64,000 nucleotides of DNA from the human T2T-CHM13v2.0 reference genome, Homo sapiens, in NCBI RefSeq assembly GCF_009914755.1, contig NC_060938.1. One strand, 5' to 3'. Shown piece after piece: positions 11,792 through 24,750 of this stretch. A program made the position numbers and the translations under genes. Within the stretch, counting starts at the first letter, position 1. The number at the start of each line of letters is the position of its first letter. The notes below the pieces were generated by a model that was given only the letters and a program-made list of their open reading frames with translations, did no database searches and was not told the origin of the DNA.

Positions 11792-14700
11792 TAGTTTGAA
11801 GTTGGATAATGTGATGTGTCCAGATTTGGGTTTGTTTTTGTTTTTGTTTTTTGCTTAGCCTTGCTTTGGCTATGTGGGCTCCTTTTTGGTTCCATGTGAA
11901 TTTTAGAGTTGTTTTTTTCTAGTTCTGTGAAGAATGATATTGGTATTTTGTTCAGAATTGCACTGAATCTATAGATTGCTTTTGACAGTATAGTTATTTT
12001 CACGATATTGATTCTACCTATCTGTAAGCATGGGATATGTTTCCATTTGTTTGTATCATTTATGATTTCTTTCAGCAGTGTTTTGTAGTTTTCCTTGTAG
12101 AGATCTTTCATCTCCTTGGTTAGGTATATTCGTAAGTTTTTTGTTGGTGCTGGTGGTGGGTTTTTTGTTTTTTTTTTTTTGGTTTGTTTGTTTGTTTGTT
12201 GGGAGCTGTTGTAAAAGGGATTGAGTTCCTGATTTGATTCTCAGGTTGGTCACTGTTAGTGTATAGCAGTGCTACTGATTTGTGTATATTGATTTTGTGT
12301 CCTGAAACTTTACTGAATTCATTTATCAGATATAGGAGCTTTTTGGATGAGTCTTTGGGGTCTTCTAGGTAAACAACCATATCATCAGTGAACAGCAACA
12401 GTTTGACTTCCTTTTTACCAATTTGGATGCCCTTTCTTTCTCTTGTCTGATTACTCTGGCTAGGACTTCTAGTACTATGTTACACTGAAGTGGCAAAAGT
12501 GGGCATCTTTGACTTGTTCCAGTTCTTGGGGGAATGCCTTCAACATTTCCTCATTCGGTGTTATGTTGGCTGTGGATTTGTCATAGATGGCTTTTATTAC
12601 CTTGATATATGTCCCATCTACACCAATTTTGCTGAGGGTTTTTAATCATAAAGGGATGTTGGATTTTATCAAATGCTTTTCCTGCTTCTATTGAGATGAT
12701 CATATGATTTTTGTTTTTAGCTCTGTTTATGTGGTATTTCACATTTATTGACTTTCATATGTTAAGCTATCCTGCATCCCTGGTATAAAACCCACTTGAT
12801 CATGATGTATTATCTTTTTGATATGCTGTTGGATTTGGTTAGCTAGTATTTTGTTGAGAACTTTTGCATCTATGTTCATCAGAGGTATTGGTCTATAGTT
12901 TTCTTTTTTTGTATATCCTTCCCTGATTTTGGCATTAGGGCGATACTGGCTTTATGGAATGATTTGAGATGATTTAAGAAGGATTCCTTCTTTCTTTATC
13001 TTTTGGAATAGTTTCAGCAGGATTGGCGTAAATTCTTCTTTGAATGTCTGATAAAATTCAACTGTGAATCCATCTGGTCCTGGACTTTTTTCTGTTGGCA
13101 ATTTTTTTATTACTGTTTCAATCTTGCTACTTATTGGTCTGTCCCGTGTTTCTATTTCTTCCTGATTTAATCTAGAAGGATTGTATATTTCCAGGAATTT
13201 TTCCATCTCTTCTAGATTTTTTAGTTTATGTGTGTAAAGTTATTCATAGTAGCCTTGAATAATCTTTTGTATTTCTGTGGTATCAGCTGTAATATCTCCT
13301 GTTTCATTTCTAATTGAGCTTATTTGGATCATCTCTCTTCTTTCCTTGGTTAATCTCACTAACGGTCTATCAATTTTGTTTATCTTTCCAAATAACCAGA
13401 TTTTTGTTTTATTTATCTTTTGTATTGTATTTTTTGTTTCAATTTTATTTAGTTCTGCTCTAATCTTTGTTATTTCTTTTCTTCTGCTGATTTTGGGTTT
13501 GATTTGTTCTTGTTTATCTAGTTCCTTGAGGTGTGACCTTAGATTGTCTATTTTTGCTCTGTCAGACTTTTTGATGTAGGCCTTTAATGCTATAAACTTT
13601 CCTCTTAGAACCACTTTTGCTGTATCCGAGAGGTTTTGATAAGTTGTGACACTATTATCATTCGGTTCAAATAATGTTTTAATTTCCATGTTGATTTCAT
13701 TGTTGACCCAAATATCATTCAAGAGCAAATTATTTAATTTCCATGTATTTGTATAGTTTTAAAAGTCCCTTTTGAAGTTAATTTCTAGTTTTATTACACT
13801 GTGGTCTGAGAGAATACTCGATATGATTTCAATTTTCTTAAATTTTTTGAGACTTGTTTTGTGGCCTATCATATGGTCTATCTTGGAGAATGTTCTATGT
13901 GCTGATGAAAAGAATGTATATTCTGAAGTTACAGATGTTCTGTAAACATGTTAAGTCCATTTTTTCCAGGGTATAGTTTATATCCATTGTTTCTTTGTTG
14001 ACTTTCTGTCTTGATTATCTGTCTAGTGCTGTCAATGAGATATTGAAATCCCCTACTATTATTGTGTTACCATCTATCTCATTTCTTAGGTTTAGTAGTC
14101 ATTGTTTTATGAATTTAGTAGCTTCAGTGTTAGGTGCATATATATTCAGGATTGTAACATTTTCCTGTTGGACTAATCCTTTTGTCTTTATATAATGTTC
14201 CTCTTTGTCTTTATTTACTGTTGTTGCTTTAAAGTCTGTTTTGTCTGACATAAGAATAGCTAATCCTGCTCACTTTTGGTGGCTGTTTGCATGGAATATC
14301 TCTCTCCACCCCTTTACCTTAAGTTTATGGGAGTTCATATTCATTAGGTGAGTCTGTTGAAGACAGCAGATACTTGGTTGGTGAATTTTTATCCATTCTG
14401 CCATTCTGTATCTTTCAAGTGAAGCATTTAAGCCATTTGCAATGTCAATATTGAGATGTGAGGTACTGTTCTATTCATCATGCTAGTTGTTGCCTAAATA
14501 CCATGTTTTTTTCATTGTGTTATTGTTTTATAGGTTCTGTGAGATTTAAGCTTTAAGAAGGTTCTATTTTGGTGTACTCTGAGGTTTTCTTTGAGATTTG
14601 GAACTTCTTTTAGCATTTCTTGTAGTGCTAGTTCTCTAGTGGTGAATTCTCTTAGCATTTGTTTGTCTGAAAAAAACTTTTATCTCTCCTTCATTTATGA

Positions 14701-15573
14701 AACTTAGTTTTGCTGAATACAAAATTCTAGGCTGACAATTATTTTGTTTAAGGAGGCTACAAATAGGACTCCAATCCCTTCTGGCTTAAAAGGTTTCTGC
14801 TGAGAAACCAGCTGTTAGTCTGATAGGTTTTCCTTTATAGGTTGTCTGATGCTTTTGTTTCACAGGTCTTAAGATTCTTTCCTTTGTCTTGACTTTACAT
14901 ATCCTGATGACTATGTGCCTAGGTGATGATCTTCTTGCAATGAATTTCCCAACAGTTCTTTGAGCTTCTTGTATTTTAACATCTAGCTCTCCAGCAAGGC
15001 CAGGGAAGTTCTCCTCAATTATTCCCTCAAATATGTTTTTCAAACTTTTAGATTTCTCGTCTTCCTCAGGAACACCAATTATTCTTATGCTTGGTCATTT
15101 AACATAATCCCAAATTTCTTGGAAGCTTTGTTCAATTTTTTTTATTCTTTTTTTTTCTCTTTGTCTGATTGGGTTAATTTGAAAGCCTTGTCTTCAAGCT
15201 CTGAAGTTCTTTCTTCTACTTGTTCTAGTCTCTACTGAAAGTTTCCACTGCATTTTGTATTTCTTTACGTGTGTCTTTCATTTCCAGAAGCTGTGATTGT
15301 ATTTTATTTATGATATCTATTTCTCTAGAGAATTTTAAGTCCATATCCTGTATTTTTTTTAATTTCTTGAAGTTAGTTTCTACCTTTCTCTGGTATCTCC
15401 TTGAGTAGCTTAATAATCAACCTTCTGAAATTTTTCTCTGGCAATTCAGATTTCTTCTTGGCTTGGAGCCATTTCTGGGGAGCTAGGGTGATTGTTGGGG
15501 ATGTTATAGGACTCTGTTTTGTCATATTACCAAAATTACTTTTCCAGCCCATTGTCATTTGCATAGACTCTTT

Positions 15574-15880
<307 letters not shown>

Positions 15881-15926
15881 TGGATAGACTGTTTCTTAAA
15901 ATTGTTCTTGAATTTGGGGTGGCTGG

Positions 15927-15936
15927 CAAGATGGCC
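15927..15936 (+). promoter_or_regulatory. YY1 site of the L1 internal promoter
   Basis: Intact CAAGATGGCC ~12 bp inside the L1 5' end, the conserved position of the L1 YY1 site. Confidence 0.8.
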
Positions 15937-16354
15937 AATTGGGAACACCTCTAGTCTGCAGCTCCCAGAGAGATCAACCCAGAAGGAGGGTGATTTCTGC
16001 ATTTCCAACTGAGGCACCTGGCTCATCTCATTGGGACTGGTTAGACAATGGGTATAGCCCATGTAAGGCAAGCCAAAGCAGAGTGGGGCAAGCAAGAGAT
16101 CAGGGACCTCCCTCCCCTAGCCAAGGGAAGCCATGAGGGACTGTGCTGTGAGGAATGGTTCATTACAGCCCAGATACTACACTTTTCCCATGGTCTTCAC
16201 AACCTGCAGACCAGGAGATTCCCTTGGGTGCCTACACCACCAGGGCCCTACGTTTCAAGCACAAAACTGGGTGGCTGTTTGGGCAGACACCGAGCTAGCT
16301 GGAGTTTTTTTTCATACCCCAGTGGTGCCTGAAATGCCAGCGAGACAGAACCAT

Positions 16355-16531
16355 TCAATCCCCTGGAAAAGGGGGCTGAAGCCAGGGAGCCAAGTGGTCT
16401 AGCTGAGTGGATCCAAGCCCCACAGAGCCCAGCAAGCTAAGATCCACTGGCTTGAAATTCTCGCTACCAGCACAATAGCCTGGAGTCGACCTGGTACATT
16501 TGAGCTTGGTGTGGGGAGGGGCATCTTCCAT
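16355..16531 (-). other. L1 ORF0 homologue (58 aa, antisense in the L1PA7 5'UTR)
   Basis: gtaATGG strong Kozak context; MEDAPPHTKL...YCAGS...GSVGLGS aligns with L1HS ORF0 as recalled (MAGAPPPASL...CCASN...DSVGVGP); open to the stop at 16355. Confidence 0.65.
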
Positions 16532-17239
16532 TACTGAGGCTTGAATAGGCGGTTTTCCCCTCACAGTGTAAACAAAGCCTCAGGGAAGTTCAGACTGGGC
16601 AGAGCCCACCACAGCTCAACAAAGCTGCTATAGCCAAACTGCCTCTCTAGATTTCTCCTTTCTCGGCAGGGCATCTCTAAAAGAAAGGCAGCAGCCCCAC
16701 TCAGGGGCCTATAGATAAAACTCCCATCTCCCTGGGACAGAGCACCAGAGGGAAGAGGCGGCTATGGGCACAGCTTCAGCAGACTTAGATGTTTCTGCCT
16801 GCCAGCTCTGAAGAGAGCAGCAGATCTCCCAGCACAGCACTCATGCTCTGCTAAGGGACAGACTGCCTCCTCAAGTGTGTCCCTGATCCTCGTGCCTCCT
16901 GATTGGGAAACACCTCCCAGCAGGGGTCGACAGATACCTCATACAGGAGAGCTATGACTGTTATCTGATGGGTGCCCCTCTGGGATGAAGCTTCCAAAGG
17001 AAGGAACAGGCAGCAATCTTTGCTGTTTTGCAGCCTTCGCTGGTGATACCCAGGCAGACAGGGTCTGGAGTGGACCTCCAGCAAACTCGAGCAGACCTGC
17101 AGCAGAGGGGCCTGGCTGTTAGGAGGAAAACTAACAAACAGGAAGGAATAGCATCAACATCAACAAAAAGGATGTCCACACAAAAACCCCATCTGAAGGT
17201 CACCAGCATCAAAGACCAAAGGTAGATAAATCCACGAAG

Positions 17240-18257
17240 ATGGAAAAAAACAGCACAAAAAGGCTGAAAATTCCAAAAACCAGAATGCCTCTTCTCCTCC
17301 AAAGGATCACAACTTCTCACCAGCAAGGAAACAAAACTGGATGGAGAATGAGTTTGACTAATTGGCAGAAGTAGGCTTCAGAAGATGGGTAATAACAAAC
17401 TCCTCTGAGCTAAAGGAGCATGTTCTAACCCATGCAAGGAAGCTAAGAACCTTGAAAAAAGGTTAGAGGAATTGCTAACTAGAATAACCAGTTTAAAGAA
17501 GAACATAAATGACCTGACGGAGCTGAAAAACACAGCACAAAAACTTCATGAAGTACACACAAATATCAATAGCTGAATCAAGCAAGCAGAAGAAAGGATA
17601 TCAGAGATTGAAGATCAACTTAATGAAATAAAGCATGAAGACAAGATTAGAGAAAAAAGAATGAAAAGGAATGAACAAAACTTCCAAGAAATATGGGACT
17701 ATGTGAAAAGACCAAATCAACGTTTGATTAGTGCACCTAAAAGTGATGGGGAGAATGGAACCAAATTGGAAAATACTCTTTAGGATATTATCCAGGAGAA
17801 TTTCCCCAAGCTAGCAAGATAAGCCAACATTCAAATCCAGGAAATACAGAGAACACCACAGAGATACTCCTCGAGAAGAGCAACCCAAAGACACATGATC
17901 ATCAGATTCACCAAGGTTGAAATGAAGGAAAAAATGTTAAGGGGAGCCAGAGAGAAAGATCAGGCTACCCAGAAAGGGAAGCTCATCAGACTAATAGTGG
18001 ATCTCTCTGCAGAAACCTTACGAACCAGAAGAGAGTGGGAACAAATATTCAACATTCTTAAAGAAAGTAATTTTCAACCCAGAATATCCAGACAACTAAG
18101 CTTCATAAGCGAAGGAAAACTAAAATCCTTTACAGACAAGCAAATGCTAAGAGATTTTACCACCACCAGGCCTGACTTACAAGAGCTCCTGAAAGAAGCA
18201 CTAAATATGGAAAGGAAAAACCAGTACCAGCCACTGCAAAAATATACCAAATTGTAA
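17240..18257 (+). pseudogene. L1PA7 ORF1p remnant (stops/frameshifts)
   Basis: ATG at 17240; fragment 17895-18257 IIRFTKVEMKEKML...FTTTRPDLQELLKEALNMERKNQYQPLQK is the ORF1p C-terminal region. Confidence 0.9.
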
Positions 18258-18320
18258 AGACCATCAACCCAATGAAGAAACTGCATCAACTAATGGGCAA
18301 AATAACCAGCTAGCACCATA

Positions 18321-21300
18321 ATGACAGGATCAAATTCACACATAACAATACTGACCTTAAATGTAAACAGTCTAAATGCCTTAATTAAAAGACACAGACT
18401 GGCAAATTGGATAGTCAAGACCCGTCAGTGTGCTGTATCCAGGAGAACCATCTCATGTGAAAAGACACACATGGGCTCAAAATAAAGGGATGGAAGAATA
18501 TTTATGAAGCAAATGGAAACCAAAAAAACCAGGGATTGCAATCCTAGTCTCTGATAAAACAGACTTTAAACAAACAAAGATCCAAAAAGACAAAAAGGAC
18601 ATTACATAATTGTAAAGGTATCAATGCAACAAGAAGACCTAACTGTCCTAAATATATATGCACCCAATACAGGAGCACCCAGATTCATAAAGCAAGTTCT
18701 TAGAGACCTACAAAGACACTTAGACTCCCACACAATAATAGTGGGAGACTTTAACACCCCACTGTCAATATTAGACAGATCAATGAGACAGAAAATTAAC
18801 AAGGACATTCAGGACTTGAATGCAACTCTGGACAAAGCGGACCTAATAGACATCTACAGAACTCTCCATCCCAAATCAACAGAATGTACTTTCTTTTCAG
18901 AACCACACTGCACTTATTCTAAAATTGACCACATAATTGGAAGGAAATCACTCCTCAGCAAATGCAAAGGAACAGAAAGCATAACAAACAGTCTCTCAGA
19001 CCACAGTGCAATCAAACTAGAACTCAGGATTAGGAAACTCACTCAAAACCACACAACTACATGGAAACTGAACAACCTGCTCCTGAATGACTACTGGGTA
19101 AATAACAAAATTAAAGCAGAAATAAATAAGTTCTTTGAACCAATGAGAACAAAGACACAACATACCAGAATCACTGGGACACAGCCAAAGCAGTGTTTAA
19201 GGGAAATTTATAGCACTAAATGCCCACAGGAGAAAGCAGGAAAGATCAAAAACTGACACTAACATCACAATTAAAAGAACTAGAGAAGCAAGAGCAAACA
19301 AATTCAAAAGCTAGCAGAAGACAAGAAATAACTAAAATCAGAGTAGAACTGAAGGGGATAGAGACACATAAAACCCTTCAAAAAATCAATGAATCCAGGA
19401 GCTGCGTTTTTGAAAAGATTAACAAAATAGATAGACCGCCAGCCAGACTAATAAAGAAGAAAAGAGAGAAGAATCAAATAGACACAGTAAAAAAATGATA
19501 AAGGAGATATCACCACTGATCCCACACTAATACAAACTACCATCAGAGAATACTATAAACACCTCCATGCAAATAAACTAGAAAATCTAAAAGAAATGGA
19601 TAAATTCCTGGACATATATACCCTCCCAAGACTAAACCAGGATGAAGTCGAATCTCTGAATAGACCAATAGTAAGTTCTGAAATTGAGGCAGTAATTAAT
19701 AGCTTAACAACCAAAAAAAAAGCCCAGGACCAGACAGATTCACAGCCGAATTCTACCAGAGGTACAAAGAGGAACTGGTACCATTCCTTTTGAAACTATT
19801 CCAGACAATAGAAAAAGAGGCACTCTTCCCTAACACATTTTATGAGGCCAGCATCATCCTGATTAAAAAAAAAAAAAAAAAAAAACCTGGCAAAGACACA
19901 GCAAAAAAAGAAAATTTCAGGCCAATATCCCTGATGAACAGCAACACGAAAATCCTCAGTAAAATACTGGCAAACCGAATTCAGCAGCACATCAAAAAGC
20001 TTATCCACCACGATCAAGCTGGCTTCATCCCTGGTATGCAAGGCTGGTACAACATACGGAAATCAACAAACATAATCCATCACATAAACAGGACCAATGA
20101 CAAAAATCACATGATCATCTCAGTAGATGCAGAAAAGGTCTTCAATAAAATTCAACACCCCTTCATGCTAAAAACTCTCAATAAACTAGGTATTGATAGA
20201 ACATATCTCAAAATAATAACAGCTATTTATGACAAACCCACAGCCAGTATCATACTGAATGGGCAAAAGCTGGAAGCATTCCCTCTGAAAACAAGTACAA
20301 GACAAGTATGCCCTCTCTCACCACTCTACTCACATAGTATTGGAATTTATCACCAGGGCAAGCAGGCAAGAGAAAGAAATAAAGGTATTCAAATAGGAAG
20401 AGAGGAAGTCAAATTGTCTCTGTTTGCAGATTACATGATTGTATATTTAGAAAACCCCATCAACTCAGCCGAAAATCTCCTTAAGCTGATAAGCAACTTC
20501 AGCAAAGTCTCAGGATACAAAATCAATGTGCAAAAATCACAAGCATTCCTATACATCAATAATAAACAAACAGAGAGCCAAATCATGAGTGAACTCCCAT
20601 TCACAATTGCTACAAAGAGAATAAAATACCTAGGAATACAACTTACAACGGATGTGAAGGACCTCTTCAAGAAGAACTACAAACCACTGCTCAATGAAAT
20701 AAGAGAGGACACAAACAAATGGCAAAACATTTTGTGCTCTTGGATAGGAAGAATCAATATCATAAAAATGGCCATAGTGCCCAAAGTAATTTATAGATTC
20801 AATGCTATACTCATCAAGCTACCATTGACTTTCTTCATAGAATTATAAAAAACTACTTTAAATTTTCTATGGAACCAAAAAAGAGCCTGTATAGCCAAGA
20901 AAATCCTAAGAAAAAAGAATAAAGCTGGAGGCATCACACTACCTGACTTCAAACTATACTATAAGGCTACAATAAACAAAACAGCATGGTACTGGTACCA
21001 AAAAAGATATATAGACCAATGGAACAGAACAGAGGCCTCAGAAATAATGCCACACATCTTCAACCATCTGATCTTTGACAAACCTAACAAAACAAGAAAT
21101 GGGGAAAGCATTCCCTATTTAATAAATGGTGTTGGGAAAACCGGCTAGCCATATGCAGAAAACTGAAACTAGACCCCTTCCTTACACCTTATACAAAAAA
21201 TTAGCTCAAGATGGATTAAAGACTTAAACGTAAGACCTAAAACCATTAAAACCCAGAAGAAAACCTAGGCAATACCATTCAGGACATAGGCATGGGCAAA

Positions 21301-22150
21301 GACTTCATGTCTAAAATACCAAAAGCAATGGCAACAAAAGCCAAAATTGACAAATGGGATCTAATTAAACTAAAGAGCTTCTGCACAGCAAAAGAAACTA
21401 TCATCAGAGTGAACAGGCAACCTACAGAACGGGAGAAAATTTCTGCAATCTATCCATCTGACAAAGGGCTAATATCCAGAATCTACAAGGAACTTAAACA
21501 AATTTACAAGAAAAAAACAAACAACCCCATGAAAAAGTGGGCAAAGGATAATAACAGACACTTCTCAAAAGAAGACATTTATGTGGCCAACAAACATATG
21601 AAAAAAAAGCTCACCATCACTGGTCATTAGAGAAAAACAAATCAAAATCACAATGAGATACCATCTCATGCCAGTTAGAATAGCGATCATTAAAAGTCAG
21701 GAAACAACAGATGCTGGAGAGGATGTGGAGAAATAGGAGCACTTTTACATGTTTGGTGGGAATGTAAATTAGTTCAACCATTGCGGAAGATAGTGTGGCA
21801 ATCCTCAAGGATCTAGAACCAGAAATACCATTTGACCCAGCAATCCCATCACTGGGTATATACCCAAAGGATTATAAATCATTCTACTATAAAGACACAT
21901 GCACATGTATGATTATTGCAGCACTGTTCACAATAGCTAAGACTTGGAACTAACCCAAACGTTCATCAATGATATATTGGATAAAGAAAACGTGGCACAT
22001 ATATACCATGGAATACTATGCCGCCATAAAAAGGATGAGTTCATGTCCTTTGCAGGAACATGGATAAAGCTGGAAACCATCATTCTCAGCAAACTAACAC
22101 AAGAACAGAAAACCAAACACCACATGTTCTCACTCATAAGTGGGAGTTGA
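18321..22150 (+). pseudogene. L1PA7 ORF2p (EN-RT) remnant
   Basis: ATGACAGGATCAAATTCACAC start; EN motifs [16 protein letters not shown] (18624-19256); RT fragment 19790-20848 with FADD changed to FADY at 20423-20434; multiple frameshifts. Confidence 0.92.
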
Positions 22151-22369
22151 ACAATGAGAACACATGGACATAGGGAGGGGAATATCACACACCGGGGACT
22201 GTCAGGGGGTAGGGGCTAGGGGAGGGATAGCATTAGGAGAAATACCTAACGTAGGTGACAGGTTGATGCATGCAGCAAGCCACTATGGCACGTGTATAAC
22301 TAGGTAACAAAACTGCACGTTCTGCACACGTACCCCAGAACTTAAAGTACAAAAAAAAAACTGCAATGA

Positions 22370-22917
22370 ATGGATTCCATATATACAAATTTTGCAAATT
22401 CACCTACTAGTGAAAATTTAATTGTAATCTCAAAATCAATACTCACGGCACTTTCTCAGTCATTTGTAGACATGTAAGGAGCAGTGGAAATTTTCAATTG
22501 CCCAACATGAACATTCCCAGCTAAGATCAAACAAGATGACACACTCAGCCCTCTTGCTTCAGCAATCATGCAGAGACAACCAGAGGATAGAGGCAGAGAA
22601 GGAGGCAGCAAAGGGTAGTGCAAGAAGCTCCGGCTCTAGGGTCAGTTAGATGTGGCTTGAATACCAATTCTGGCACCCATTAGCAGTGCAACCTGAGGCA
22701 AGTCACTCACTTCTGAACTTTGTCTTCTCTTCATAAAATAAAGAAATAGAATCTATCTGAATGAGTTATTTTTAGGATTTAGGATTATAATCTATGTAAT
22801 ACACACACACACACTTACGTATATATTTCCCCTAGGAACAATGATTCATTATTCACGAATTCAGTGTTTGCTGTGACTTTATAGAAAATAACTGCTGCAA
22901 GTAATGAGAATTGACTA
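22370..22917 (+). mobile_element. MER82-family TcMar-Tigger MITE with MIR-like interior, 5' TIR missing
   Basis: TTTGCAAATTCACCTACT..AAAATTTAATTGTAA..CAAAATCAATACTCACGGCACTTT 5' part and TTCCCCTAGGA.CAATG...TAATGAGAATTGACT 3' TIR; MIR-like GGCAAGTCACT..CTTCTGAAC in the middle. Confidence 0.7.
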
Positions 22918-22929
22918 TACTATGCAGTC

Positions 22930-23594
22930 CTAAAAAAGAATGAAGTATACAGTATAACATATTAATTAGATGAAATTTTTTTTTTTTTTGAGATGGAGTC
23001 TTGCTCTGTCGCCCAGGCTGCAGTGCAGTGGCGCGAAATCTCAGCTCACCGCAAGCTCTGCCTCCCAGGTTCACGCCGTTCTCCTGCCTCAGCCTCCCCA
23101 GCAGCTGGGACTACAGGCGCCCGCCACCACGCCCGGCTAATTATTTTGTATTTTTAGTAGAGACGGGGTTTCACCATGTTAGCTGGGATGGTCTCAATCT
23201 CCTGACCTCGTGATCTGCCCGCCTCAGCCTCCCAAAGTGCTGAGATTACATGCGTGAGCCACTGCGCCAGGCAATTAGATGAATGTTGAAAACATTATGC
23301 TCAGTGAAAGGAGCCAGTCACAAAAGGTATGCATGGTTTCATTTATATGAAATGTCTAGAATAGCCAAATCCTCAGAGATGCAAAGTAGATTAGTGGTTG
23401 CTAGGGTCTGGGGTAGAGGGGAATGGGGGTGTGGCTGCTAGTGGATACAGAGTTTCTTTCTAGGGGTTGAAAGTGTTCTAGAATTAGGTGGTGGTGATGG
23501 TTGAATACTTCGTGTGTATACCAAAAACCACTGAGCTCTATACTTTAAAAGGGTGAGTGTTATGATATGTGAATTATATCTCAACTAAAAAAAT
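22930..23594 (+). mobile_element. L1MB-type 3' end split by AluY
   Basis: GAAAACATTATGCTCAGTGAAAGGAGCCAGTCACAAAAG...TGTGAATTATATCTCAA plus A tail. Confidence 0.85.
22976..23272 (-). mobile_element. AluY
   Basis: GCAAGCTC, GTTCACGCC, GGATGGTCTC..TCTCCTGACCTCGTGATC AluY diagnostics; perfect 11-bp TSD aattagatgaa (22964-22974/23273-23283). Confidence 0.93.
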
Positions 23595-24574
23595 GGTATT
23601 CCACTACAAACCTTTTTAGGAATGCCTAAAATTTTAAAAACTGGCAATACCAAGCGCTGAGTAGGATGTGGAAGACTTAGAACTCTCATACATTGATGAT
23701 AGGAATGTCCCACTCAATGTTCGCATGCCACTTCATCAGGGTGCACAAGGCCACTCTACTCACAGCAGGTCCTGCCTAGAAGGTCTAACTCCCCGTAGAG
23801 AGAGGGTTACAAAAGTTAGACATCGTCAGAATCCCTTCCAAATGCTCTGGAGGAGAGTGGCATGGTGCCAGTTTTAGAACATTCAAAGGAAAAACAAAGC
23901 CAGAGGTGCAGCCATGCAGACTGGGTCCATGTGGCAGGGACAGGAACAAGAATGGGCACCAAAATAGGAAGGACAAGGAGAGAGGGAAGGGGCAGGAGAA
24001 GGATGGCTATCATCTATTGACCACTTACTGCATGCTGGGCCCTGACCTAGGCACTGTGTGAACAATACTTTCATATTTTGTATGGTATATGTACTGCTGG
24101 TTGCAATGCCAGATTCTTTCAAAGGTATAAAAAAGCAGGTTTTTTAACTTTAAGAATAATAAAATTTTTGTCACCTTCTATTATGGCTTCTCACTTATGG
24201 TAGTAATGTAAAGTTTCCTTTTTAAAATATTTTTAAAACTTTAAGTCACCTTGAGGAAAATCTCAAATGAAAGCAAAAATTATAAAGGCAGTACATGTGT
24301 ATCTGAAATGTAGGAAATCCAGCATTATCTCTTCTGATACTTGAAGTAACACAGCCTGAGGAAGATGGATTTAGCCCCGGGTTACAGAAAAGGAAATTGA
24401 GGTTCTACCCATACACTCATACAGTCAGAAATTAACATCAGGCCTGTCTGACTCTAAAATGCATGGCTGAATTCAGCAGACCCTACTGTCCAAGAGCTCC
24501 CTAGCCATGACAAATGTGACCACTTTCGCAGCCGAAAGCCATGAGCAGCACTGTAGGTTGAAGATTCAACACCC

Positions 24575-24750
24575 CGAGACCTGTGACCTTAGACAAGTGA
24601 TTTATCTTCCATTGAGCCCCATTTTCTTTATCTGAAAACGAGGATGGTAACAATACCTACCTCATATATTTGTAGTGAGGATTTGTTAAGAGCTTAGTAA
24701 AATGCCTGGCACAGACAAAGAACCCCGTAAATGTCAGTTACAATTGCTAT
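24575..24750 (+). mobile_element. MIR
   Basis: TGTGACCTTAGACAAGTGATTTA...AACAATACCTACCTCAT...GTGAGGATT...TGCCTGGCACA. Confidence 0.7.

Larger units (their letters stand above)
15916..22360 (+). mobile_element. Full-length L1PA7-type LINE-1 (~6.45 kb), inactive
   Basis: 5' GGGGTGGCTGGCAAGATGGCC...CTGCAGCTCCCAG..GATCAAC; ~1.3 kb 5'UTR, ORF1, ORF2; 3'UTR GGAGGGATAGCATTAGGAGAAATACCTAA...CCCAGAACTTAAAGTA plus A10 tail. Confidence 0.93.

Noticed and set aside
19790-20848. 352-aa reverse-transcriptase ORF as a functional or novel RT gene
   Set aside because: It is a fragment of L1PA7 ORF2 with the second catalytic Asp of FADD changed to Tyr and frameshifts on both sides and within.
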